63,769 nt of DNA from a bacterium. GTDB lineage: Bacteria; Patescibacteriota; Dojkabacteria; B142; OLB20. The stretch lies in the NCBI GenBank assembly GCA_037138855.1, contig JBAXHO010000002.1:1-63769 (forward strand), given 5' to 3'. The notes beneath the pieces were generated by a model. It worked only from the letters and a program-made list of their open reading frames with translations, was not told where the DNA came from and did not search any database. A program made the position numbers and the translations under genes. Below are positions 46,776-55,837 of this stretch, one piece after another (positions within the stretch are counted from its first letter, which is position 1; every line of letters begins with the position of its first letter).

Positions 46776-46803
46776 ATTGTAAAAGAAATATTACTAGTGT
46801 CAA
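46776..46803 (-). promoter_or_regulatory. near-consensus sigma70 promoter TTGACA-N16-TACAAT
   Basis: Read on the minus strand: TTGACA (46803-46798), 16-nt spacer, TACAAT (46781-46776). A paralogous copy is at 50226-50253. Confidence 0.6.
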
Positions 46804-46832
46804 TTTGCCAACATCTTATTCCGGAAGATTGC

Positions 46833-46852
46833 GGGCGTATGGCAATACGCCC
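46833..46852. repeat. palindrome GGGCGTATGGCAATACGCCC (1 mismatch)
   Basis: Related to 23470-23489. Abuts the stop codon of the zinc-ribbon gene. Confidence 0.8.
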
Positions 46853-47494
46853 CTACGCGATTTTCGCGCCGCAGCCAGCGCAGAATTTCTGACCGGGTTC
46901 TAATTTTGCCTGACACTGAGGACATTCGGTCTTGGCATCTAGTGCTGCGCCACAATCACCACAAAATTTGGTGTGAGCTTTCACAGCAGCACCACACTTG
47001 GGGCAAGCTACTTTTTTCTGATCATTCCAGTCTTCTTCTCCAAGATGTTTCTCATCTGAAGACATTCGGGCATGAGCCCAGGCTTCGTCTTTGCTATGAG
47101 TGGCTTGTGCAGAAGCCATTTCTTCGCCAAGAATCGGAGCGCAATCTTTACACAAACCACGTTCAGCATTCCAGCAAATTTCCTTACAAAGCCATTTTCC
47201 ACAACGTTTACACTGCACAAACTGTGGTCTGATTTCTTCAACTGCTTTTTGGAGAGCTTTATCATGCTGCGGACCAGCCACCATTCTCTGGACCTGATCT
47301 GATGTACTGGCGAGGCTACTACCTCTCCCACCAAGTAAACTACTGAAAGCACCTAATACTCCGGTAATCATACCTGTCGAAGATTTATCAAAGGAACTCA
47401 TATAGCCATTACCACATTTCTGGCAGTTAAATTTGAACTGGTAGCCAGTATCATTGGATAAATCTTCATAGTTGTCGGTAAAAGGGATGTTCAT
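46853..47494 (-). CDS. multi-zinc-ribbon protein
   Basis: Four or five CxxC pairs (CQKCG, CKRCGKWLC..CKDC, CPKCG..CGDCG, CPQC..CAGCG). Markedly higher G+C than its neighbours. Confidence 0.7.
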   Translation of the reverse strand: MNIPFTDNYEDLSNDTGYQFKFNCQKCGNGYMSSFDKSSTGMITGVLGAFSSLLGGRGSSLASTSDQVQRMVAGPQHDKALQKAVEEIRPQFVQCKRCGKWLCKEICWNAERGLCKDCAPILGEEMASAQATHSKDEAWAHARMSSDEKHLGEEDWNDQKKVACPKCGAAVKAHTKFCGDCGAALDAKTECPQCQAKLEPGQKFCAGCGAKIA

Positions 47495-47652
47495 AGTTAG
47501 AATATTAAAAAATTAATTATTAACGAGTTAACGGGTTAATCCTGAAATATGTTCAGGAAAAAGATTAAAATGAAAAGACAATAGTTAAAAGATAATAGTT
47601 AGAAGTTAAGAATTTAAGAATCTAAGGAAACGAAGATCGAACCTCGAATTCC

Positions 47653-47708
47653 GATACTAGATACTAGATACTAGATACTAGATACTAGATACTAGATACT
47701 AGATACTT
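47653..47708 (+). repeat. GATAC-heptamer array (8 units)
   Basis: (GATACTA)x7 plus GATACTT, about 125 nt upstream of the TGCTATAAT promoter of the PfkB gene. Confidence 0.95.
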
Positions 47709-47780
47709 AAAATATTATATCCCTATCCCTAAAAACGAGCAAGCACATGTAATGACACTTGGCTAGAAAATCAATAATCC

Positions 47781-47810
47781 CAAATTGCAAATTTCAAATT
47801 TCAAATTGCA
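47781..47810 (+). repeat. CAAATTG-heptamer array (4 units)
   Basis: CAAATTG CAAATTT CAAATTT CAAATTG CA. A related GGAAATTGCAAATTGG is at about 26559-26574. Confidence 0.85.
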
Positions 47811-47833
47811 TTTGCTTCCAGATCACCATTTTC

Positions 47834-47842
47834 TGCTATAAT
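47834..47842 (+). promoter_or_regulatory. extended -10 promoter TGCTATAAT
   Basis: Lies 24 nt upstream of the ATG at 47866. Confidence 0.5.
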
Positions 47843-47865
47843 AACTTTTTATTAAATCAGATTTT

Positions 47866-48804
47866 ATGAGGCGTACAAAAGCATTAGTTGTCGGATCAGT
47901 CGCTTACGACGTGGTATTTGAAGTACATAATACTTTTTCCAAAGAAGTAATTGTCAAGCAAAATCAAATCCAAAACATGAGTATGATGCTGACTGCCAAA
48001 AATAAGAAAATTTTTTATGGGGGCACAGCAGGTAATATCGCCTATGGATTGGGTCTCCTTAAAGTAAAGCCTCTTCTATTTTCTGTAGTTGGAGGTGATT
48101 TCAAAGCGGATTATCAAGCACACTTATCAAGTCACAATGTTGATCTAAAAGTAGTTATTATGCCAGATGAATTTACAGCCACATTTTATGCGATTTCTGA
48201 TCAGAAAAGAGAACAAATCGGAATTTTCCAGCCAAATAGCCATGGCGATCATATGGATAATATCCAACTACAAGATAAACTAACAGCTTCAGATTTCGCT
48301 GCAATTAAAGTAGCAATTTTTTCACCTGGTACCGGCCAAAGTATCTTCCACCACCTCTCTCAATTACGCCAAAATGCAGGTCAGGAACCAATTGTAATTT
48401 TCGATCCTAGTCAGATTCTTTCAATTTTTTTTACAAAAGAATCACTAATAACCTGTTTAAGAATGTCCAATATCTTAATCGGTAATGAAACTGAAATTGC
48501 TCAATTTAAAACACTTTTCAAGCTCTCCACTAAAGATATTCTAGATCTCGGACTTGAATATGTAATTGAAACTTTGGGAAAAAATGGTAGCATTATATAT
48601 ACTAAAAAAGACACCAAAAAAATTAACCCACTTCCTGTTAAAAATTTCGTGGAACAAACAGGAGCTGGAGATGCCTTCAGAGCAGGATTTATCAAAGGCC
48701 TTCTCGATGATAAATCCATTGAAGCATGTTGCAATTTAGGTTCAATAATGGGGGCGCAAAATGTCCAGAGTGAAGGTGGACAAAAATATCGACTCGACAA
48801 TTAA
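47866..48804 (+). CDS. PfkB-family carbohydrate/nucleoside kinase (adenosine-kinase-like by context)
   Basis: GGTAGNIA and the C-terminal TGAGDAF motif. Immediately upstream of ahcY. Confidence 0.8.
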   Translation: MRRTKALVVGSVAYDVVFEVHNTFSKEVIVKQNQIQNMSMMLTAKNKKIFYGGTAGNIAYGLGLLKVKPLLFSVVGGDFKADYQAHLSSHNVDLKVVIMPDEFTATFYAISDQKREQIGIFQPNSHGDHMDNIQLQDKLTASDFAAIKVAIFSPGTGQSIFHHLSQLRQNAGQEPIVIFDPSQILSIFFTKESLITCLRMSNILIGNETEIAQFKTLFKLSTKDILDLGLEYVIETLGKNGSIIYTKKDTKKINPLPVKNFVEQTGAGDAFRAGFIKGLLDDKSIEACCNLGSIMGAQNVQSEGGQKYRLDN

Positions 48805-48823
48805 TTTTTATAAATCAAATGCA

Positions 48824-50215
48824 ATGAATTACCAAATTAAAGATATTCTCTTAGCAAAATGGGGGCGTCAGGAAATCATTATGGCAGAACAAGAAATGCC
48901 TGGACTTATGGCTCTCAGAAAAAAATATTCCAAAAACAAACCATTAAAAGGGGCTCGCATCACTGGTTCATTACATATGACTATTCAGACTGCAGTTTTA
49001 ATTGAAACATTAGTAGCATTAGGTGCCAAAATCAGATGGGCAAGTTGTAATATTTTTTCCACGCAAGATCATGCTGCTGCAGCAATTGCCAAAGCCGGCA
49101 TTCCCGTATTTGCCATCAAAGGCGAATCTTTAGAACAATATTGGGACTTCACTGATAAAATTTTTGACTGGGGAAAAAATACCGGGCCAAATATGATATT
49201 GGATGATGGTGGTGATGCCACTTTATATTTACACCTGGGATTTCGTGCTGAAGAAGACAAGACAATCCTTGATCAGACACCAGGCAGTGAAGAAGAAACA
49301 GTGCTATTTGCCCAATTAAAAAAATCAATCAGCAAAGATCCAAAACGATTTCATCGTATCATCAAAGAAATCAAAGGTATCTCCGAAGAAACTACGACCG
49401 GTGTACATCGTCTCTATCAAATGCATGCTCGCGGTGAATTAAAAATTCCTGCCATCAATGTCAATGACTCAGTCACCAAATCAAAATTCGATAATTTATA
49501 TGGTTGCCGTCATTCAGCTGTAGATGGAGTAATGCGGGCGACTGATGTCATGATCGCTGGTAAAACTGTCGTGGTAGCCGGTTACGGCGACGTAGGTAAA
49601 GGTACAGTACAAGCTTTCAAAGGTCAAGGGGCACGAATTATTGTCACGGAAGTGGATCCAATTTGTGCGCTCCAAGCTGCTATGGAAGGATATCAAGTGA
49701 TGCCCATGCAGGATGCCTGCAAAATTGGTGATATTTTTATAACTGCTACAGGCTGTGTCGATGTCCTCACAGAAAAACATTTATTACAAATGAAAGATCT
49801 GGCAATTGTAGGAAATATTGGTCATTTTGATAGTGAAATCCAAATCTCAGCTTTAAAAAAATATCACTGGGAAAATATTAAACCACAAGTTGATATTATT
49901 CATTTTCCAGACAAACATAGAGTTGTCATTCTTTCCGAAGGTCGACTTTTGAATCTGGGAAATGCTACTGGACACCCAAGTTTCGTCATGTCTAATAGTT
50001 TTACCAATCAAGTACTTGCACAAATTGAACTATTTACCAACACGAAAAAATATCCTGTCGGTGTATATACTTTATCCAAAGAAATTGATGAGGAAGTTGC
50101 CAGATTACACCTGGAAAAAGTAGGAGCCAAACTAGACAAACTAACGAAAAAACAGGCTGATTATTTAGGAATTAAAATCTCAGGACCTTATAAAGCTGAA
50201 CATTATCGCTATTAA
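48824..50215 (+). CDS. ahcY: adenosylhomocysteinase
   Basis: [18 protein letters not shown]..., [24 protein letters not shown] fold, [11 protein letters not shown]-terminal YRY. ATG at 48824 avoids overlap with the kinase. Confidence 0.95.
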   Translation: MNYQIKDILLAKWGRQEIIMAEQEMPGLMALRKKYSKNKPLKGARITGSLHMTIQTAVLIETLVALGAKIRWASCNIFSTQDHAAAAIAKAGIPVFAIKGESLEQYWDFTDKIFDWGKNTGPNMILDDGGDATLYLHLGFRAEEDKTILDQTPGSEEETVLFAQLKKSISKDPKRFHRIIKEIKGISEETTTGVHRLYQMHARGELKIPAINVNDSVTKSKFDNLYGCRHSAVDGVMRATDVMIAGKTVVVAGYGDVGKGTVQAFKGQGARIIVTEVDPICALQAAMEGYQVMPMQDACKIGDIFITATGCVDVLTEKHLLQMKDLAIVGNIGHFDSEIQISALKKYHWENIKPQVDIIHFPDKHRVVILSEGRLLNLGNATGHPSFVMSNSFTNQVLAQIELFTNTKKYPVGVYTLSKEIDEEVARLHLEKVGAKLDKLTKKQADYLGIKISGPYKAEHYRY

Positions 50216-50225
50216 ACTCGAAAAA

Positions 50226-50253
50226 ATTGTAATAAAAATACTACTCGTGTCAA
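50226..50253 (-). promoter_or_regulatory. near-consensus sigma70 promoter TTGACA-N16-TACAAT, pointing antisense into the ahcY 3' end
   Basis: Minus strand: TTGACA (50253-50248), 16-nt spacer, TACAAT (50231-50226). About 85% identical over ~40 nt to the cassette at 46770-46812. Confidence 0.45.
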
Positions 50254-50409
50254 ATTTGTATATGTAGATGGTAGGTTGCGAAGTCTACCCTATATTTTTT
50301 GCTTACGAAATTCGTTATTCGTCTTCAGATTTCAGATTCCGGATTCCAGTTTTCAGTTTGATTATTTCATTAATCAAATCATTTTAAGCTCGATTGACTT
50401 AATAACTTT

Positions 50410-51882
50410 TTATGAACCAGCTAGATACACCAGCCTGCCTTCCACTTTGCTCTGCAAATTCTGATGAGTTTTCAGGTACTCTTCCAGCACTTCCTGAGCT
50501 GAGGTAGTCACTACCTTGGACTTTCCGGAAGCTGTTAATGTTTCATTGGAAATATTGAGATAATCTGCTGACTGGGAGAAATGAAAACCCTGTAAACAAA
50601 TTGAGTATTTTGCTTTTTCGCTGATAGCTTTTCCATTAATTTTAAGTTCAGTTAATTGCGCGAGTTTTTCGTCATAAACCGCCTTTACTGCTTGATTTAC
50701 TTGATAACACTCTCCTTCACCATCGCGATTATCCTTGCGCATAATATGGGCAAAAATCTGCTTTAGTTCTACTCCAGTGATTTCATATTTACTCAAAGAA
50801 TCATCATAAGGAAAACAGGAAATAAAATCCATTAGAGTGACGATAGGGCCGAGCTCTTTGACCCGGATTGAACCGCTACCGACAAGCACGACATCGCTCT
50901 GGGCAGTTTCAGCAAAAGCGTCTGCAATCAAATTTCCCAGACTGGTTTCCACCTCGCGATTCGGATGAGTAAGCTTAGTTGCCAGTTTGCAAATAATTGT
51001 ATTGTATTTATTGTCGACTACTTTCTTGAATGAATTGATCAACTCAGTGAGGCGCTCATCCGGCTGAGCAATCTCGTCATTGATCGGAATTAATTGCCAG
51101 GTGTAATCCACAATACTATTTGTATCATCATCAACTTCGATATCAAAACGACCAATCTGATTGGTACCAACTCCAGCCTGGGCAATTAAAATTTTATTCA
51201 CTTCTTCAGCTTTTTCAAGGACAGTATGTGAATGTCCACCAATAATCATGTCCACACCCCATTCCGGGCGTAGCATGGCAGCCAGTTTCTTATCAGATTC
51301 AAAACCAATGTGAGTCAGCAAAATTGTTAAATCAATATCATCATTTTTGTAAGCATTACAAATGATCCCCACTTCTTTACTAGCATCTTCTAGAGAAATG
51401 AAACTGCCAACTAGCTTATCTTGATTGATACTGGCCATAATATCTTCAGTGATAATCCCAGTAAAAAGAATCTCAAAACCATCTTTGGTGATAATTTCAA
51501 ATGGTTTCATCAGGCGCTTGCCATACTTTTTGATATACAAATTGGCATTAACGATCGGAAAATTGGCAACCTTTTCCAGAAAAAGCAAATGTGGTAGACC
51601 ATAATCCACTTCATGATTACCAATCGCAACGACATCCGGTGCCAGATAATTCATGATTTCAATCGTGGAAAGACCCTTATATTCTGTATCAATAATCGAA
51701 CCCTGAAGCATATCACCGGCAATTACATAAAGCACATTTTCTTCCTTAGCTCTTACCTGATTGATATATCCAGAAAGCAATGCCAATCCTCCAATCATTT
51801 TGCCCCGCTCCTTTTTATTCTCAGAAAGAATATCCCCATGCATGTCGTTGGAGTGAAGAATTGTAAATTTTTTGGTGTGCAT
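50410..51882 (-). CDS. bifunctional metallophosphatase / 5'-nucleotidase (UshA-like), no signal peptide
   Basis: HSNDMHG, GDMLQG, GNHEVDYG and GGHSH metallophosphoesterase motifs, plus a C-terminal 5'-nucleotidase domain. Confidence 0.85.
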   Translation of the reverse strand: MHTKKFTILHSNDMHGDILSENKKERGKMIGGLALLSGYINQVRAKEENVLYVIAGDMLQGSIIDTEYKGLSTIEIMNYLAPDVVAIGNHEVDYGLPHLLFLEKVANFPIVNANLYIKKYGKRLMKPFEIITKDGFEILFTGIITEDIMASINQDKLVGSFISLEDASKEVGIICNAYKNDDIDLTILLTHIGFESDKKLAAMLRPEWGVDMIIGGHSHTVLEKAEEVNKILIAQAGVGTNQIGRFDIEVDDDTNSIVDYTWQLIPINDEIAQPDERLTELINSFKKVVDNKYNTIICKLATKLTHPNREVETSLGNLIADAFAETAQSDVVLVGSGSIRVKELGPIVTLMDFISCFPYDDSLSKYEITGVELKQIFAHIMRKDNRDGEGECYQVNQAVKAVYDEKLAQLTELKINGKAISEKAKYSICLQGFHFSQSADYLNISNETLTASGKSKVVTTSAQEVLEEYLKTHQNLQSKVEGRLVYLAGS

Positions 51883-51891
51883 GGTTAAGAA

Positions 51892-51922
51892 CGGTGTCCG
51901 GTGAGCGGTGAACGGTGACCGG
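51892..51922 (+). repeat. CGGTGAN-heptamer array (4.4 units)
   Basis: CGGTGTC CGGTGAG CGGTGAA CGGTGAC CGG, 10 nt upstream of the minus-strand 5'-nucleotidase start. Confidence 0.85.
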
Positions 51923-52040
51923 ATTTAGAATGAAATAATAATGAGTAATTAAATCGAATTATCTTATTAAACGTTTAAAAACAAACATCTTACAAATCTC
52001 GAAACTCAGATTCCAGATTCCAGTTTTTCGGTTTCTCCAT

Positions 52041-52054
52041 GATACTTGATACTT
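52041..52054 (+). repeat. GATAC-heptamer array (2 units)
   Basis: GATACTT GATACTT, preceded by CAGATTCCAGATTCCAGTTT (a variant of the leader cassette). Confidence 0.7.
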
Positions 52055-52063
52055 CTCTCCCCT

Positions 52064-52885
52064 CTACTCATAACACTCCTCTGCTCCCACGCCTTTCATA
52101 TCATTATAACAATCACCAGCGACATTCAAGATTCTCACTGACTGAATGGTCGGGAATTGTTTCAAGGTTTTCACGATTTGCTGTTCGACAATAAATCCTG
52201 ACATATCACCAGATAAAGTAGTACTACGGCAAAATTTAACTGTTGCTTTGCCACTGTTAATTGAAATCGTAAAATCGTTGCCACTGCAATTGGAATTCCC
52301 GGTGAACCAAGTAAAAGAATCCTTTTTGAATGTCTGCCCTAATCCTTGGTTAATTTCTGCTGCACTCGGGCCTTTAATAATTTCTTCCACAGCAAAAGCT
52401 GCGATATCCTTTCTGGTAGTAGTTCTTGTTACTTTAGTTACATAATCAGAATTGGGATTATCACTTTGGTTAAATTTTTTCTGATCAAATAAATAAACAT
52501 CAATTGTTGCCTTAGGTAAATCAGTTACTACTGCAGTGCTAGGACTACTTTTGGTAGGATTGCTTGTCGTAGAAGGCACTAGACACTCGCCGCGATAAAA
52601 AGCCCATTCCTCACATTCTGAGCCTGCTGCAAAAGTACAATATCCCGTTTGTCCAACTGTCGTTTCTCGTATTTCCGATTTACCTCCATTTTCCTCACAA
52701 AAAGTAGCAGCAGGATTAGCTAAACCTGGTGTAACTTCAAGCATTTCCGTAGGAATTACATTAGAAATTTTTTCCTCTGCTTTATTTTTTAACATACTAA
52801 TGGCTAAAATCGCTCCTCCTCCAAACACAACTAAACATACAAAGATTATAATTATTCCCCCAATCACTAAATAAGTTTTTTTCAT
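52064..52885 (-). CDS. membrane-anchored protein with a DUF333-like Cys domain and a GerMN-like domain
   Basis: NPAATFCEENGGKSE...GYCTF..GSECEEWAFYRGEC resembles DUF333. The C-terminal half resembles GerMN (AVEEIIKGPSAAE). Both calls are from memory. Confidence 0.45.
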   Translation of the reverse strand: MKKTYLVIGGIIIIFVCLVVFGGGAILAISMLKNKAEEKISNVIPTEMLEVTPGLANPAATFCEENGGKSEIRETTVGQTGYCTFAAGSECEEWAFYRGECLVPSTTSNPTKSSPSTAVVTDLPKATIDVYLFDQKKFNQSDNPNSDYVTKVTRTTTRKDIAAFAVEEIIKGPSAAEINQGLGQTFKKDSFTWFTGNSNCSGNDFTISINSGKATVKFCRSTTLSGDMSGFIVEQQIVKTLKQFPTIQSVRILNVAGDCYNDMKGVGAEECYE

Positions 52886-52986
52886 GAAAAATCTGCAATA
52901 AAATATATTATTATTATACGCTCCTGAAAATTCAGGTAAAGCATCTTTTAAAACGGAAAATGCTAATAATAGTCACGAAAAAATGT

Positions 52987-54204
52987 TTAAATAGCTGGTA
53001 GGATAATCTTAAATTCAGTTTTGCCAGGTTTACTTTGCAAAGTTAATTGCCCCTGATGTTCAGCAATAATTTTTTGAGTAATGGCTAAACCTAATCCAAA
53101 ACCACCAGTATCGCGACTACGGGAATGATCGATGCGATAAAAACGTTCAAAAATTTTACTTTGTTCTCTCTCAGGAATACCTGGACCATTATCACTGACA
53201 ACAATTGTAATTTGTTGTTCGGTAGCAGTTAATTTTACTTCAATAATTGGACTCTTTACCTGATGCGAATATTTTATTGCATTTTCTATCAAATTAGCAA
53301 TTGCTCGACCAAAACTAACTGATTCAATTTGATAAAAAATTGCTTTCTCTGGAAGATCAGTTTGCAATTTCACCTTTTTGAGCCAAAGGCTTACCAGCCT
53401 ATGGCTGGAACTTTTAGATAAATCTGTTAGAGAATCAACCACCTCATTAATCACAATCTTTAAGTCAATCTGTCTCTTTGGCAATGCTTCAGTTCTAGTT
53501 AAATCTAAAAAATATTCAGTCAATTGATTGACCCGTTTCACCCCTTCCAAAGCTTTGGCCACAGAAGCATGCATCTCAGCTTGCGATGCTGTCTGGTCAT
53601 CCAAAATCCCATCCAAATTAGCCTGAATAATCGTAAGAGGAGTTTTGAGTTCATGAGAAGCATTTTGGAGAAATTCTGCTTGTGCATCAAAAGCCTTTTT
53701 CAGTCTCAGCGACATCTTGTTGAAACTACTAATCAATTCTCCAATTTCATCTTCACTAAAAACCTCTAATTCCACACCCAAATCAGCGTCATTTAATAAA
53801 GCAATCTTTTTCTGCAGTATCCCCAATGGTGCTAAAAATTGCCCGGAGATATAATAACCTAGTACAAAACTGGTGATAAATACCGGAATTAATGCATAAA
53901 CACTGGCAAGTTGAATATTATGAAGATCCTGTCTGCGGATATCCCGAATTTTCTGACGTTGCTCTTCATTAAACATCATCTGAGGCGATATTTGCCCAGG
54001 CATCATCTCTTCATTAATGATCTGATTGGAATTATTTCGTAAATAATTTGGTTCAGCTTTAAAATACTGGTTCAGATAAAGATTCACTACCAGAACAAAA
54101 CTGGAAATAAAGATAAACATCAGGCCGGAATATATTAAGGTTAATTTGAACCTGATCGAACTGAAAATTTTTGTCAGTTTAACGGATAACATAACCTTTA
54201 CCAA
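52987..54204 (-). CDS. sensor histidine kinase (TM, HAMP, HisKA, HATPase)
   Basis: H-box SHELKTPLT, N-box ENAIKYS, DNGPGI, GGFGLGL. Confidence 0.9.
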   Translation of the reverse strand: MVKVMLSVKLTKIFSSIRFKLTLIYSGLMFIFISSFVLVVNLYLNQYFKAEPNYLRNNSNQIINEEMMPGQISPQMMFNEEQRQKIRDIRRQDLHNIQLASVYALIPVFITSFVLGYYISGQFLAPLGILQKKIALLNDADLGVELEVFSEDEIGELISSFNKMSLRLKKAFDAQAEFLQNASHELKTPLTIIQANLDGILDDQTASQAEMHASVAKALEGVKRVNQLTEYFLDLTRTEALPKRQIDLKIVINEVVDSLTDLSKSSSHRLVSLWLKKVKLQTDLPEKAIFYQIESVSFGRAIANLIENAIKYSHQVKSPIIEVKLTATEQQITIVVSDNGPGIPEREQSKIFERFYRIDHSRSRDTGGFGLGLAITQKIIAEHQGQLTLQSKPGKTEFKIILPAI

Positions 54205-54838
54205 TAATAGTGTGAATAATTTTCTTCTCAGGATCTACTTTTTTACGGAGTGTTTTAATATTTGTCCTGACGGTTTGTGTAAAAATATCAATTTCCTGAT
54301 CCCAAATATGTTCCAAAAGCTCTTCAGTACTCACTACTTTACCTTGGTTACGTAGCAAATATTCCAAGATTCCAAATTCTTTCTTATTTAAAGCAATTTC
54401 CTGTTCATCCCTAAAAACCTGGCAAGAAAGAGGTTTTACCATTATATTAGCTGTACTTAAAGCCTCATCTTGATTTTTACTATTACGTCTAATCAAAGCC
54501 TGTACGCGGAAAATCAATTCCTGCAAATCAAAAGGTTTGGTAAGATAATCATCGGTACCGGTTGCAAATCCTTGCCAAATATCTTTTTGAGCAGTACGTG
54601 CTGTCAGCATCAAAATTGGTGTATTGATTTTCTGCTCCCGCATTCTTTTAGCAATTTCCAAACCATCTAGGCCTGGCAAATTTAAATCTAAAATTAGACA
54701 ATCATATTTATTAATTTCCAGTAAGCTCAAGCCTTTTTTACCGTCACCCGTATAATCCACAGCTATCGATCTGCGCATCAATGCCTTTTTGATCGGCTCG
54801 GCAATATTGGGTTCATCTTCAATGATCAGAATTTTCAT
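54179..54838 (-). CDS. OmpR-family response regulator
   Basis: MKILIIEDE, receiver Asp in LILDLNLPG, winged-helix C-terminus (LTKKEFGILEYL..GKGY). ATG at 54838. Confidence 0.92.
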   Translation of the reverse strand: MKILIIEDEPNIAEPIKKALMRRSIAVDYTGDGKKGLSLLEINKYDCLILDLNLPGLDGLEIAKRMREQKINTPILMLTARTAQKDIWQGFATGTDDYLTKPFDLQELIFRVQALIRRNSKNQDEALSTANIMVKPLSCQVFRDEQEIALNKKEFGILEYLLRNQGKVVSTEELLEHIWDQEIDIFTQTVRTNIKTLRKKVDPEKKIIHTIIGKGYVIR

Positions 54839-54898
54839 ATGTTTGTTTTCAATTTGTGTAGGGATGTATGACAATACATCCCTACACATTCTATCATT

Positions 54899-55396
54899 TT
54901 ATTCCCACATACCGAAACCTTTCTCGCCCATCATTTCTCCGCCCATCCCGCCTTTGCCACCACGTTCTCCACCCATCATACCACCACCAATGGCTATTTT
55001 ATTTTCAGTCTTCCAGGTCTGAAAATCAGTCATGACTTTTTGAATTTCTGTTCTGCGTTCTGCTTCAGTCAAAGATTTATTATTAATTTCAGTAATTTTC
55101 GCCTGAATTTCATCTTCTTTGGCAATTAAAGCTGTCTTTTGCGCTTCAGTAATCACCCCATCAGTGACTAATTGATTGAGATGATCGAAACGGTTTTGAT
55201 TTCGAGTCTCGGTAAATACTTGAGCTACATCAGCAGGTTGCGCATTAAATTTCGCTGCAAGGTTTTTAATAATTGCAGGATAATCGCCATTATTTACTGT
55301 CGCTGCTACAGCATGAAGCCCAAAGGCACCGGCAATAGAACTCAGTCCTATCACTCCTAATGCCCCTACGGTAATGAACAATGTTTTTTTATTCAT
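54899..55396 (-). CDS. secreted helical protein with a Gly/Met-rich tail (Spy/CpxP-like?)
   Basis: Signal peptide MNKKTLFITVGALGVIGLSSIAGAFGLHAVAA, two xTxxQ/E helices (ITEAQKTAL, LTEAERRTEI), tail GGGMMGGERGGKGGMGGEMMGEKGFGMWE. ATG at 55396. Confidence 0.35.
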   Translation of the reverse strand: MNKKTLFITVGALGVIGLSSIAGAFGLHAVAATVNNGDYPAIIKNLAAKFNAQPADVAQVFTETRNQNRFDHLNQLVTDGVITEAQKTALIAKEDEIQAKITEINNKSLTEAERRTEIQKVMTDFQTWKTENKIAIGGGMMGGERGGKGGMGGEMMGEKGFGMWE

Positions 55397-55475
55397 GGAT
55401 AATTTAAATAATAAATAAAATAATAATTTATAATACAAAATTGGATGTGAAAAAGCGGTGAAGTGGATGGAGAAT

Positions 55476-55503
55476 CGGTGATCGGTCACCGGTGAGCGGT
55501 AAA
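55476..55503 (+). repeat. CGGTGAN-heptamer array (4 units)
   Basis: CGGTGAT CGGTCAC CGGTGAG CGGTAAA. Confidence 0.8.
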
Positions 55504-55769
55504 TGAAGATCGAATGACGAATTTCGAATTTCGGAAGAGGTACAAAGTAGAAGATCGGTAGATTCCGGACAGTAATATTTTCTAAACTAAAGTTAAGAGT
55601 TAGAAGTTAGTAGCTAAATAGCAGCTTACTGGAATCTCGGTAGATTACGCTTAGTACTGTAGTCGGAATACAGTAGACAGAAATTCGGGAATAATAAATG
55701 TCAAAACTAATAATCTATTCATTAACCTCCTATCTAATAGCTTTTAACTTCTAACTTTTAATTTTACTA

Positions 55770-55790
55770 GATACTAGATACCAAATACAC
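55770..55790 (+). repeat. degenerate GATAC-heptamer array (3 units)
   Basis: GATACTA GATACCA AATACAC, followed by TTTTCTACTTTCTACTTGCTACTTGATA words. Confidence 0.6.
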
Positions 55791-55837
55791 TTTTCTACTT
55801 TCTACTTGCTACTTGATATTTACTACTTACTTTCCCC

